DNA of 64,000 nt from Marsupella aquatica (taxonomy: Eukaryota; Plantae; Marchantiophyta), in the NCBI GenBank assembly GCA_973895155.1, contig OZ316899.1, positions 9,174,287-9,238,286 of the forward strand, written 5' to 3'. Positions 25,384-38,667 of the stretch are shown piece by piece. Every line of letters starts with the position of its first letter. Position 1 is the first letter of the stretch. Made by a program: the position numbers and the translations under genes. The notes beneath the pieces were generated by a model that searched no databases, was not told the origin of the DNA, and saw nothing but the letters and a program-made list of their open reading frames with translations.

Positions 25384-25945
25384 ATTCAGCCCTTTCAGAA
25401 TGGGGGTTGGTTGCTTCGTCTCTTCAGCCAACATACTCTTCAGCCTTGTAGAGCTCTGTCCTTTGTTGAGTACAGGTCCATATTGGAGATCAGCAAGCCG
25501 TGCCTTTGCTTCCCAGACTTCTTGTTCAGCCCAAGCTGATGCAGTAGCTTCTTCATCCTCCCACAGCTCATATTGCTCAGTATCCTGTACAATCTTATGT
25601 GCTATGGAATCTGTGATCCAAGAGGCCTCAACTACTTTTAGGCCTTTCTTAGTAATTGCAGAATTCATGTAGGACCATGACCACTTCTTTATCACTGATA
25701 GCCATGTCCCTACAACAACATGTGTAGTCTCTGGAGTGATGTCCTGAACTACAGTGCCATGGAGCTCAGAGAATCGTTTCTGTACAGTTGGCCAATGCAC
25801 TTTGGTCAACCCATGTTGGCCATGGACCAAAATGGCTCTGACCCCTGTAAACACTGCTGGGTGGTCACACTTTCTACGTTTCCCAGGCTCCATGTACACA
25901 CACCCTACGTGATGACAATGAATTTTGGAAGAATGGGTTCACCTG
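25381..25945 (-). pseudogene. BRCT-domain exon in element B
   Basis: FTGVRAIL...LHGTVVQDITPETTHVVV...KVVEASWITDSI..YEL is a typical BRCT signature. Confidence 0.72.
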
Positions 25946-26495
25946 ACAATACAAGGACAACAAAATTCCTGCTTTTTGAGTTGATCTGGCCCACTGGTGC
26001 TCAGGTCCAATTTTGATACGTACAAGGGACATGTGAACAATATGTACTAGGCACCTGCACGGATGCAGGACATTGTTGAATCTCGTTTGAATATATACTA
26101 CAAAATCCATATCGAAGGTGAAATGAAGTGCAACCAACTTGTCATGGCACATACATATTTTGTTGTAAAGGAGGATACGTTCAATGACAAACTTATAGGG
26201 CAATTTGATTAATTACATGCCTGATAATTTATACGCTTACAACTTAGAAGTCTTGTTTTAATTTAGCAGTCTGATGAAAGTGTTTATGAAAATGACCACT
26301 CAGCCTAAATACTTCCAAGAAGGCTTGTAAGGATAACTTTTTATAGGCATGTACCCAGCCACTGACGCCAGAGCACAAGATAAGTGCTGCCTATATAAAC
26401 TCGCCTACCCAACTTGTTTTCAAAATTGGAATCTCTGCAATCTCAAAAAATAGTACATCCACATCAGGTGCACTGTGCATGTACAATGTTCAGCT

Positions 26496-26960
26496 TCACA
26501 GCCAAGATATGTGATCTCTCACAGGAGTGCGCGAGGTAGGATCAATGGCATGGCGATGCCAATAAAATATCCATCGATCAACACCATGTGCAGAGTGATT
26601 ATAGATTTCTCTGTCACAAGCATAACCCTTTGCTTGACGATCTTTCAGGCAATGATAGTGCCACATGGTGGGACACCTAGCACAATGGACTATGTCAGTC
26701 CAGTACTCATGATCATGCTCACCACATGCCTTGCACCTATGAAGTGGGCAAGCTGTGGCATGAGCAGGCAAACGCTCAAAACAGAAAAATCTCACACAAA
26801 AATGGTCTGGACATTTCCTAACATTTGTTGCAGCATCAACAGAGCCCTCATAGGACCCCAACTTCCCACACTATGCACACTTAGCCTGCTTCTCCAAACA
26901 ATCAGTGCACATCCAGTCTCCCTGGTGTGTTGACGGGAGGCCCACCCCTGGACAGTTGTT
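26496..26960 (-). pseudogene. EDM2/NSD-type composite PHD fragment in element B
   Basis: WMCTDC..., CPDHFC..F..C, ACPLHRCKAC, VHCARCPTMWH.HCL, IFY.HRHAID....TPVRDHI. Confidence 0.78.
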
Positions 26961-27188
26961 TTCTGCAACAAGGTCAGACTTCGGGTTGAGGTGGAAATGC
27001 CTCATGCAAGGGCCCTCACAAATGACCAGGCCCCCACCATCGTCACAAATGGCACAACAATGAGCTGCCTTCTAGAAAATCTGACTTGCAAAGAAGTTAG
27101 TAGCATGTGCCCCAAGTACACCTGTGTTTCTCACCTCTGTCACACGCTTTTTGGCTTGAATTTTAGGTCATGCCATGCCTGCGCATGA

Positions 27189-27331
27189 GATAGACTCTAC
27201 AATTTAGCAGACTGCACAGAAAGTAATATATATTTAGCATTTAGGGTACAAAGGCATTTAGATAGACTCTACAATTTAGCAGATTGCATAGAAAGTAAAA
27301 TATATTTAGCATTTAAGGTACAAAGGCATTT
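27189..27331. repeat. 72-bp tandem duplication
   Basis: gatagactctacaatttagcaga... at 27189 and 27261. Confidence 0.9.
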
Positions 27332-27903
27332 GCTACTGCAATGAATTGGAATGGTCACACAAGGATGCAGAGCAGACATACTTTTGGTATGTTGAGCCAA
27401 CACACAAAACTGATCCCCTAATACAATTGCTCCACCAACACCTCAATTTTAATTGTGGCTATGATTCACCAAAGAAGATCTGCAACAACATTTCATGCAT
27501 TTGAATCACATACAATAGTCGTGACATGTAAAATAGGCATTCTTCAAAGAGGATTGGTATGAAGCAGTGTCATAAGGGTTGAAATTTATACATCCTAAAT
27601 AGGCTATGATAGTGGCTGAGACAAATAAGTGAGGCATAAATCACATTTTACAGGTTATCACATGGCCCATTAATTCATTGAACGTTGCAATGTTCACCAG
27701 GTTAAAGCAGTCATGAAAGCAGTCTTTCAATAGAGACTTTTAAGCAAGTTTTCCAGCCTCTTAAATTAGGATATTTTGCTTAGTGCAAGCATAATAGGAT
27801 AAGTTATGTACTGTTGACCCTAAACCCTGGACCCAAAATTGCTCATACATCAAAATTTTAAGTAAATATCCTCTGTGTTGAAGTCAGAGTGTTAAGCTAT
27901 AGG

Positions 27904-28400
27904 TCAATGGTATCTGGTCTGTGCATGCGGTGTGACAAGTGGTCCTCTAGAGCATGTGATCCAAACATGTGTAGACACCAAAGTCACCGGTGGTGGGGTC
28001 TGGGAGGGCAGGACAAGTAACATCACCAGGCACACTGCAGGATGGCGAGTGGTTCTAGATGATACATTGTGCTCTGTGCAAAAATCGGCATCCAAGAGAA
28101 CGGTCATCCAATTCTGAGCCAGAAGCCCTACAGGCAGGACAGTCATATTGGCAACTGTGCACACACCCTTGGCACCTAATTTGTGGCGGGTCATGTACAA
28201 GAGACACAAATACCAAGGATGTCGGGAAGGGTACTGAAGCAGGTAGAGGCCGGCTGTAGTTGTTCCTGGAAACAACAGGGTACTCAAAGTACCATGCAAA
28301 TTGGGCTGGAAGGATCCCAAGTCTAACATACTCAAGGCGCAACATCTCTGCCTTGCGTGCAAGCCGCACATGTTCAGCGTTGTGGGTCCTCACCATAAGT
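27904..28400 (-). pseudogene. Degenerate Cys/His-rich (PHD-like) exon
   Basis: CQGCVHSCQYDCPAC ... GVYTCLDH; weak similarity to 26496-26960. Confidence 0.35.
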
Positions 28401-28909
28401 GTTGCTTTTGTTGTGATGTCCTCTATTCACGTCCTTTGATGAGCAAGGCGAGCAGGAGGTTGACTTGCCTCGCCAATAGCAACCAACCTAAACTAATCAG
28501 TTCCCATTCACTGTCTTGGTTCCAACTACAGGTCATAGTATACACATAGCATGAAACGTGCATAGTACATATTTGATTCTGAGTTTATGAGTTTCCTAAG
28601 ACAAAGAGCTTGGTGATAAACCCATGATCTCAACGGACATGTATATCAATCATATTAAGATCCTGTTTTTTCATCCAGAAAGACCGAAAGTCTCACCTTG
28701 TAGGTTGCACCAGAGAGAAAATTCACTGGCTGTCGTGTTGTGCAAGTGAACCTCCACTGATGCCCCCGGTGTAGCCCCTCAGATGCAGGTGACACTTACC
28801 AACTCCCAAGTTGCCTGGTCTAACAAAAAATGCTTATATCTTCATAACTTTATAGAGCAAGTACATGATCACATGGCATTGGCCCTACCAAACTGTACGT
28901 TCAGAAAGA

Positions 28910-28948
28910 GACTACAATATTCAGAAAGAGTCAACTCTACACTTGGTT
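28910..28948 (+). pseudogene. Ubiquitin gene fragment
   Basis: DYNIQKESTLHLV is identical to the C-terminal part of ubiquitin. A TLANYN remnant lies about 50 bp downstream. Confidence 0.75.
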
Positions 28949-29498
28949 CATACACATACTTCTAGATCTATTCATATTTGGCCTTATGGAACTCTTGCCA
29001 ACTACAACTCCCATTATGCACAAGCTCACATCAATAGAGAAAGATACAGAATGCATACTTACTATGGCTGTAAGCACCTTCACTACCTTGTTGAACCCAT
29101 TCCTAAAGTCTTTTCAGCGTGTTTGTTGTGCTGTCTCCTTTGATACCCAACACCTTAGTCCTTGATGTAACAGAATGCGATTTGACAAGTTAGATGCTTT
29201 GGAACCTTCTATGGTCTTAGCTGAATTGATGTCATCGTAAGTGGTGAAAGACAAGGAAGACGAAAGCTGGTTGAAGAGTTGTGGACAACACACTAGCATG
29301 AAGTGCTTTCAACCAATCCACTGCCAAACGGAACTCTTACACAGTCACATTCTTTCAGTAAACAGAAACTTAGTCAAACTTCATAATCAAAGTACAGACT
29401 CTGAAGGACCAAAGGAGGATGTTGTGAGTTTCTCTGTTGTTTAATGTGTTACCCTTCTAGTTTTGAAGTTAGCAAATGCTGAATAATGTGTCTACCAG

Positions 29499-29840
29499 AT
29501 CTTTGAAAAGAAGCCCACCACAATTAAGAACTTTGATATTTGGGTGAGGTATCAAAGTTGTACAGGTTATCACAACATGTACAAGGAATATCGTGATACC
29601 ACGTTGAACGGAGCTGTAGAGCAGATGTATGATGAGATGGCTTCTTGTCATAGAGTTCGGTTCCCTTGCATCCAGATCATCAAGACTACGACAGTCCCTG
29701 TCTCTCTGTGCAAGCAAGAGAGTACCAAGCAGTTCCATGACTCAAAGATCAAGTTCCCCTTGACGTACCGCAAGATTCAACCTCCATCGCGAAAGCTAAA
29801 GACGACTTACAAGGCCACCAAGCCCAACACATTTGTTTGA
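29499..29840 (+). pseudogene. RPL18A: Captured last exon of 60S ribosomal protein L18a (eL20)
   Basis: cag|[58 protein letters not shown]. Upstream exons absent. R>C and R>Q substitutions at conserved positions. Confidence 0.93.
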
Positions 29841-31303
29841 GTAGTGCGGGTGCAGGTTCCCAATTTTGAAACAATTTGGCTCATTTTATGTCCCAAGGGA
29901 CTCCTGGAGTTTATGTATTGAGTTTCTAGGTCAAGATGCTTAATATAAGGAAATTCAATTATCACTTCGTTCCCAACTTCTATTAATTGAATATACACAA
30001 GCTGGAAGCAAGAAGACAAGCCACAATCTAGCATCTTAGCCAAACACAATCGTCCCGACAAAGCAAAACTCAGCTGGACAAAAGTCACTCGGATCCACAA
30101 AAAATTGAAGATTCACCTCTGAGCCAGAGGCCGATCACTTCAGTACAGCAGCTTCTGGACGGAACAAACTCTGCTCAGCCCCACAGAAACACAAATGTTA
30201 AGGCTCCAAGTCAGAGCTCACAAAGAGAAACCCAGATAAATAACATTCAAAATTTGTCCAGGTTTGTGCAAAATGTACATATTCATTCTTTTGGAATGAA
30301 CACGCAATGCATACATCACCTAGACACAGTCATTATAAATCATTGGGCAATTGGGGACCACTAAGCAGGTGTGTTCCTATTTCGAGGCTACAAGAAAGGA
30401 TAGAGTGACACCAAACTCAAGAGTACACCAAAAGAAAAACAGCAAGAACCAAAGTCAATCATGTGTGGATAAACTGCACATGGGAAGTTCCCCCTGAAGA
30501 AGCATCAGTTGCTAACATTGTCACCCGAACCACACCCAGTTTATTACCTCAATGTCTTCAGCCTCAATATCCAATCCTCAGCCCCCTGGTGCTTCCGTGT
30601 TTGTTCTGAAAATTTCTGTGATGAAATAATTATCCAATACATTCAATAGCAAAGAGAACTCAATCACAAAAGAAAAATAGTTAGTGTGAATGCTAATTTC
30701 TCAACACTTAACTAAATTTAAACCACCAATTCAAGTTGTAAGTTTCAAAACTTGCCTTTACATGAAGAGAAACCAATTGGCCATGCATGTTACTAAAGCA
30801 ATAAACAAATAATTAGGCTCAACACACAGGCAAACTACTCGAAACATGCTGTTGAGAAGTAGCATTTTTTGAATGTCAGACTATGTGTAAGTGCCATGAT
30901 CGTGCTCCTACATTTCACAAGGAGGGCTGGCCTGAAAGGGAGAAGCAACAATGTGGAGTCTATACACGTAGCACAAATCCCAGTTTAGAAGGGTGGATGA
31001 AGTTCAGACAAGAGTTCAGAACTTGCCATTTGAGATTGTCAATCTGAACTTCACATTCAGATAGGACTTCATCCAGTTCAGGAGTTCAAATAGGAGTTCA
31101 GACAATCTGAAGAGGACTTTGGACTTGAATGAGGGACAGCGTGGCCATATAGTTATCCTTGTGGCCTTCAGCTGCGTGTCTCAGGCTGAATTTCACTTTC
31201 CAATTTTGAGAGTTGTGAAGGTCTAGTTTTAGTAACTTCCTCCTGACTCGACTTGGGAGCATTCTCTGTATTTGCTAGCTTGTAGTTAGCTTTGACTCCT
31301 GTC

Positions 31304-33096
31304 AGCTTAGTTGACGACCCTCTTGAGATATTAACAATTAGAACAAACACAAGTTGTCAAGACAGATTCCACCGGAGCAAAAAGTCCAAAATCAGGTGAA
31401 AGAAAACCTAAGGAAAGTCCATAAGAACGAAAGTAGGAAGGCAGGCGCACGGGCCACCAAGAAAAGTAAAGGATGCATGTGATTAGTAGGGAGGGATCTT
31501 AGCAAAAATAGGGGAAAGGGAACTTGCTGCTAAAATCAGCTGAACGATTGCACGGTTCCTATAAATTTAGTGGACCTTAAGGTCGTCTGTTCACCCCCCC
31601 ACCCCACCGCCAGAGCACGGGGCACAAGGCATGTTCTGATACAGGGAGGAGCAAAATAGTCATGTCAAGCAAGAAGTGTGGAGAGACCAATCAGTAAGCA
31701 AAAATAGGGGAGAACATACATACATCAGCAGCAGCAGGAAACAAGAAAGATGATTTCGAGTGGCATCTTAGGGTCGGGGACACCACTGCAACACCAGGAC
31801 TTAGGATATGACTTGTTCTTAATCTGCTGATAGCATCCGGCAGGCTGGCAACCCATGGCAAAAGGGCAGAGCAGCAATCCGCTAAAACTACCGAGTCTCA
31901 CCTTTGCACTACTGACTGTCACCTTTGTCCAAGGTAGCTAGTAATAGCAAGTTGAAGTCCCGCTCCAAGTCGTCGGCTTCCATTGCAAGCTCCCTAAAAG
32001 ATTGTGGCCTCAGGTCCAAGTCGTCAGCTTGCACGTGCAACTCCCTAAACCTACACACAGCGGAATTTTAGCTCACCAACAACTTGCAGAAACAATGACC
32101 TCCCCTCTGAAACTGATAAAAACACCTGAATACAAATAGTGAAGCATGAGGACAAAACAGGGAGAAGCATTTTGCAGTTTGGGACGACAATGCTAGGAGT
32201 GTATACACTTCGGGCAACAGGGAGGTCCAATAACAGTTTGAATCTGACGGATGAAGCTCCAGGCGAATGAGCTCCAGGAGATTGGGTGCATGATTGAGCA
32301 GGCGATTGTAACAGCATCCACCAGGCGATTGAAGGAAGCAGCATTCAGCAATGGACCTAGGCAGCTCTCAAATTTTGCTCAGCAGCGATGTCACCTAGGC
32401 CCTAAACATGCAATGCATACATCACCTAGACAACTATACTTGCAGCCACGAGGTGAGTCCGCGTCGATAGGGGATTGCAGCCTTACCTGTGCCGATGTAG
32501 CACCAAGCCGCTTAGCTTAGTTGACGACCCTCTTGAGATATAAACAATTAGAACAAACACAAGTTGTCAAGATAGATTCCACCGGAGCAAAAAGTCCAAA
32601 ATCAGGTGAATGAAAACCTAAGGAGAGTCCATAAGAATGAAAGTAGGAAGGCAGGCGCACGGGCCACCGAGAAAAGTAAAGGATGCATGTGATTAGTGGG
32701 GAGGGATCTTAGCAAAAACAGGGGAAAGCAAGGGAACTTGCGGCTAAAATCAGCTGAAAGATGCACGGTTCCTATAAATTTAGTGGACCTTAAGGTCGTC
32801 TGTTCACCCCCCCCACCCCACCATTGGAGCACGGGGCACAAGGCATGTTCTGATATACGGTGGAGCGAAACAGTCATGTCAAGCAAGAAGTGTGGAGAGA
32901 CCAATCAGTAAGCAAAAATAGGGGAGAACAGACATACATCAGCAGCAACAGGAAACGAGAAAGATGATACTCTGTTCCATCTTAGGGTCGAGAACACTAC
33001 TGCAACACCGGGACTTAGGATATGACTTGTTTATAGACTGGAGATAGCATCCGGCAGGCCGGCGACCCATGGCAAAAAGGCAGAGCAGCAATCCGC
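31304..33096. repeat. ~580-bp direct repeat pair (31304-31882 and 32514-33096) in element B
   Basis: agcttagttgacgaccctcttgagata ... gcagagcagcaatccgc is present twice, offset about 1210 bp. Confidence 0.9.
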
Positions 33097-34584
33097 CATG
33101 TAGCGATAGATGAGAGTAGCGATTATGACGACGAAAGATGGTCAAAGCTGAAGCAAAACCCCTAAAGATGCAGCTTGGCCATACTCTCCTTCCTCACCTG
33201 ATAGCGCTAGGCATTCAACCTCCCTCTTCAATGAACCTCATAGTAGCTTGAAGGTCGATAGATTTTACCCCGTCTCCTGAGCAAAAATGTCTGCATTAGC
33301 TGAACAAAGCTATCGCATTTAGCCTCCCGACTCCAAAATTGAACGCAACACAACCTCCAACTCCCAATGGCAGCTCAGTAGGTTGATTAGCTCCGTAAAT
33401 GCAGGTCAGTCGACCTCAATAGCCACACTAGAAGCTTACTGCAAGTCACTCAAAGGTCAGACTAGAAGCTCCGCCGCCTTCACACCGTAGCAAAAAACAA
33501 TGAGACCAATAGCAATTATGACAAAGCTTCAAAATGGCAGGTGTGTTCTTTGATCCTGCACAGATTAGCATAGAAATCCCTTGCACTTCTACCTCCCTCC
33601 TCGTTCTACCTTGGGCTTGAACAAAACTTCAAGGAGTAATAGGGTTCCGGTATGCACTGGACAAGAAGTCAGTGAGTGAGGGTCCCGTAGTCGACGCGAG
33701 AAAAGCCGAGAGTAAGCAGAGTGAGTGAGAGTAGTGGCAGCAGAAGACGAATCAGACGCGCACTCACGCACAATGCACCTCAACACTGAACACAGAGAAC
33801 TGAACCTAGTGAGACTCGAAGCCTTTGCATTGACATGAGCCGTAAACCCTAAAGCAAATTGGACACAACACAATATGAGCAAAGATTAAATGAACGCACA
33901 GGACTAGGATTAACCTTACAATAGCCTTGTTGCATGTTCATTAATTAAGAGCATAAATGATGAGCCTAAAAGAAAATACTATCTAAGATCAAGCCTTCTT
34001 CATATGCATATATATGTATAGCATGCAAAAATACAGTAGGTGGACATCCAATGTTCTATGGCTGGTTAGAGGGTAGGACAAGTGGTAAAGATGGGGAAAA
34101 TTAGAGATAGACTACAAAAAGCATTAAGTTAGGTTAATAGCAAGGTTTGACAAAGCCGGCCTGTATTCGTTTGAATGGGGCTGGGGCTTCATTGTGTCTA
34201 AATGGGGTCAGGAGTACTGATGGTTTAAAATGGTATGACTAAACTATTATTAAATTGATGTGGAATGACATATGGTGTATCCAAAATCGCATGTATATGG
34301 TCGCGGATCCCATACTTTAAGGTTTAAGGGTTCAAATGTAATGGTCTCATAAGTTGTACTCTAATGTAGAGTCACTTGTATAACTTCACCCTAATTTCCT
34401 TAACTGAGTTATACTTACAACTTACCTAAAAGTTGTAAACGTGACTCGGAAAAACTTCACCAAAACTCAGTCACGAAGGTGTGACTAACATGACACCAGC
34501 AACCTTGGAGTCGCTATTTCATGAAGGTCTTGGACAAGTCACACATCTCCAAGTCTCAAAACGGGCCGGTTTCTTCTAGTGATC

Positions 34585-37129
34585 TCTCTGCAATCCAGTC
34601 GACGCAACTGAATCTTGGGAAGAAGATCCAAGCCTATCATCAAGTGGTCCTCTCTTTTTCTTCTTCTTCATACTTGTCGCGTCCACTGGAACCACTGCCT
34701 TTCCACTCTCCCCAAGGATTCCCGGATCTGGTGTATTTTCCGCACTAGTGTTAGCTTCAGAGGCCTGAGGAGTAGAATCTTCTTTTACATCAGTGGTGGC
34801 ATCCGACTTCCTTCCCCTTGAAAGACAGAGATACGTTACTCAACGGAACTAGTTCTCATAATAGCGCTAGGCGTTAGTATGAATTGGGGAAAAATATGTC
34901 ATACAAACAAGAGCGGGAATCCCTTACTGAATCCTATGAGGCATACTTACATTTTTTAAGAGATTGAGTTGATTCACTGGGAGTTGCAGATTCATTCTTG
35001 GCCTTCACTCTTGGCTTTCGGCTCCGATCAACATGCACGACAACTGTCTCGCATTTCTTTTGCAGCTCAGTTGTTGAAACGTCCACTTCAATCGCTAGAC
35101 CCTGCTTCATTTCCGAGACATACCTTGCTGGGATTTGCAACTTTTGCAACTTCATGAAAGCGTCTTTCTCCACCTCGTCGAAAGGCAGATCCCATTTGTT
35201 AGTGTCTAAATACCACGGGCAGTGAAGTCTTTCCCACTTTGACAAGGCGCGGGGTGGAAACTTTCCCTCAGCTGGGTACATCGAATACACATCAACAAGA
35301 TGGTCACCATCTTTTATCATCACCCACTTTTGAAATGCGCCTGGGTAAGCCCACAAAACCTCAGGAGATCGCAACTCCATCCACATGTAGAAACAGTAAA
35401 CGTATCGTTTGGCTCGTTTCCGGTTCCGCTTAGTGTAGTCCTCCTTGTCTGCGTACTTTGATGGCCACATTATGTTGAAAATTTTAGCGTTGACAAGGTC
35501 TCCAAATGATTTGAATTCTTCAATAATGGACTTCATGAGAAAATCCAGGGACTCACAACCAGACTTCACGAGACGATCATCTGGCATGCAATCCAAAACT
35601 TGCTTGAGCGAGGTGAGGATCAATCCAGTAGCAATTTCCTCCACTGAATTCTAGATATGCCAGGTATGGCACCACCGTTTTACAGGATTGTCGTTCACAC
35701 TAGCCGGATGAAAGAATTGTTTCCGAATCTTCGGAGTACAATGGGCGACGAGAAGTGTGCACCTTAACTTTGGATCCAGATAAGTCACTGCAGTAAACAA
35801 GCGAGCGCAATCCATAGTGCAAACAACTATATTGGGTTTCTTTTCTCTTTTGTTCTTCTTTGTCACGGGAAACATTTCGGCACATGTGGCCAAGTAGTCA
35901 CCAAAATCAGGGTGCAGCAATAGAGTGATCTTTTACTTTGATAGCCCAATCTTTTGTTGCTTCCTTCATCATAGCTTCATGCCTCTTCTATGTCTCCTCT
36001 TCAGACCACGGAGTCCCCTGGGCGACTGCAAAATCCATGTCCACTTTGAAGTGGTTTGTGTAAGATTTAATCTTGTTCTCACACAAAATGTAGATGAGCG
36101 TATCTTGTGGCATCTTGTGTGTATACCAAGAACCCTTGCGAGTCTTCTTTTGAATGGCCTCAAACTTTGCATAACTCTCGTAGCATCAATGAGGGGTTTG
36201 TAGTGCTCTAGGTCACGTGATGAAAGACGAGAGATTTTGTCGGCATCAAGAATCCAAGACGGCTGGACCACAGCTTGTCCCAATCTACGTCAAAATTTAA
36301 ATGGAAATTAGTAGCATCGGGCGCTAGTAAAACACCAAATATAATATCACATCAAAAATCCATCTTGAACTAGTACGTCATATTAAATGAGGTTGACCTA
36401 AACAATGACTTACTGATTGACAGCGTGCATGGCAGCCTCGAGCTCCACGAGGGAACCTTTATCTCCATTGAAAACAATGCAAGTCACACGAGGGTGGTAC
36501 TTAATGTTGTCCGGATACTTTGCTGTCACAATCAACCACAAATACAAACAACGATTTCCATCAAAGACACAAAACATCTTGTCTTTCAAAACTCTGAAAT
36601 TAGGATCAGTGTCACACGCTTCCTCAAACTTTTCATCCTCGGCAACCCAGATTGGGTCCCAAGAGGCTCTAATCTCATTAGTGCAAATCTGTGGAACCCC
36701 ATCCGCATTTGTTGGCTATACGTAGAATGGCATGCCCATGCGCGAATTGTATCCAGAAATCCGGAATGACTCCTTCAATTTGTCGATGGAGGCACTATGC
36801 TCCTGCAACGTCCGCACCACTTCCATATGAATCAATCGACATAGAGGAATTTGTGGAGGCTCCTTCTCCAATCCTCTGAAATCTTTGCCAAAGGACAAGA
36901 CATGCTTGGATATGTAATTGTCCATTGAAAGTCCAGCAACACCAAAATCAACCCGTGAAATTTCCTCAGTCGTGTCCATTCTCCCCCTTCTTGATTGCGC
37001 GGTTGGAAGAGTTGAGCCAATGTCTGAATGTGAATGAGACGCAGCCAACCGAGTCACGCGATGGGTGTCCACAAAACCTGAAAAAGAGGATTGTGAGGAC
37101 TCGGAATGACTGGCATGACTATCTCCCAT
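34585..37129 (-). pseudogene. 5' half of the ParB-MTase-like gene: ParB/Srx-like N-terminal domain + uncharacterised middle region
   Basis: QIPLCRLIHMEVVR..IDKLKESFRISGY ... FCVFDGNRCLYLW (ParB DGNHR box position). Intron 36413-36285 joins in frame. Continues across CACTA B into 16676-15012. The start may lie further upstream. Confidence 0.68.
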
Positions 37130-38166
37130 CCTCGTATTACCCCACTGAGAGATGGCAATGGCGTTGAGCAGAACGTCGGATAGTATCGAAAAACTCTCCC
37201 AGAGCCCCTAAGCCAGTATGGAGTAAGAGACTCAGGTACAGAATGTCACGTTCGAAGAGGCTACTCCTAGAGAATTATGTATCTCCCACGAGCACCAAGT
37301 CCCCATAGAGGGTTAAGAGATGGAGTCTCTAGCACATTAGAGTGCTGCTCAACGGTAACACCAAAGGAGCCGAACACTTGGAAGATTACCATTGGACCAG
37401 CAACCGTCTTATACTTTGGCAGCATGACCAGCAATCTTCAATGTTACCGTTAAAATATGACTGTTGATCGATTTGGCCTTATTGATAGCGCCAAGCACTA
37501 GCAAAAACAACTCTATATTACCAGATTTAAACTACTAATTTCAATAGCGGGAAGCGCTAACAAATCGACCACATATGTGTTTTTACACAATTCAAATGGA
37601 TTTCCAGCCTTGAGGGACAAAATGGACCGTTTTATCCATAAATGTTTATTAGCGCTCGGCGCTATCATAAATGACATCCGATTCGAAGCTAATCATCATG
37701 CGCACGTAATACAAACTCATCCATATCCAGAAATATTTTCAGAATTCCACTGGTATCAGAAGGGTAATTTTGAGCATTCCAATGATAGCGCCGAGCGCTA
37801 ATATGGAACGTGTCACGGGTAAGACCCCTCCATCGGAAACTACAAGCATTTTCAAGACTTGCAACAACATTTGGTACAAAGATTGACTTATTCCCATAAG
37901 ACAGAACATCAAAAAACACAAACTGACTCATGCAAACTTTGTCAAGGGGATGTCTAAGAGTTTGGAACTCCATTTACGGGCATCGGATTTACTCCACCAA
38001 GTCTAGAAACATCAAGTGTACACTTCAGGATTTTTTAAAAAACTGGGGAGTAACCTCCCACTACATTCCAAGACTACCATGCTAGCAAAAGATTGACTCC
38101 CATTACTACCATTACTGCAACAACTGGTCGTGGCTATCAACATCAGACTCCACCAAATGGAGTTGG

Positions 38167-38667
38167 CTATCTACTCAGGACTACTTTGTTCTGCATGATC
38201 ACACGATCGCTGCGTAGCCGGGTTAAGTTAATCTTCCCACCAGCTTGGCTTGTATGCGTCCGAATCGTCGTTGGAATCGCTAGAACCAATGCCCCAGCAA
38301 AACCCACCCCAACTAAAGAGGAGTCATCGTTGGACCCTGAATCGTCGTGGGTCCTTGCGTTGTCGTCTATATCCTTGGCTTCACTAGAAGAACTTGTGCC
38401 ATGATCAAGTGATTGGTGCAAAGTAGAAAGCTTTGCCTTCGACAACAAAGATTTTTGCACTGAGGGTTGAACTTATGCTTTAGACTGAGGAGCACCATCT
38501 GGTGCGGATGCAATTGCCCGGCTCTTTGCAATCACTTTCCCCTTCGCCGAGATTGGGACGGTTGAATGAGCTGGAGGCTTTGCGAGAGACTTCTCCGCAG
38601 CACCCTCTCCATTGCTGTCGCTTCAAAATGTAACCTTCGCCTTCCCCTTTGCTCGTGGTGGAGCCAT
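38167..38667 (-). pseudogene. Small basic/low-complexity ORF of element M (MAPPRAKGKAKV...), unknown function
   Basis: ATG at 38667 is in frame with ORF 38167..38460; two internal stops. Confidence 0.35.

Larger units (their letters stand above)
16677..34581. mobile_element. CACTA element 'B' (17.9 kb, Pack-CACTA-like) with both TIRs and a 3-bp TSD
   Basis: ATC|CACTAGAAGAATCCG at 16677 and CCGGTTTCTTCTAGTG|ATC at 34581. TGTGACT/AGTCAC subterminal repeats at both ends. Removing it restores the frame ...GLQRD|VGNFKRKC... of the interrupted gene. Confidence 0.93.

Noticed and set aside
25010-25672. 220-aa ORF as a single protein
   Set aside because: Chimeric: SET similarity stops at about 25383, and the rest is the antisense of the BRCT exon across a deletion junction.
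29499-29840. Functional host RPL18A gene
   Set aside because: Only the last exon is present, conserved Arg residues are mutated, and it lies inside CACTA TIRs.
33202-33216. Additional TAGCGC palindrome site
   Set aside because: Only the left half matches (tagcgctaggcattc) and it lies in CACTA B; treated as chance.
37486-37800. CRISPR-like array of palindromic repeats
   Set aside because: Repeats are only 15 bp, irregularly spaced and dispersed over the element; eukaryotic context and no cas genes.
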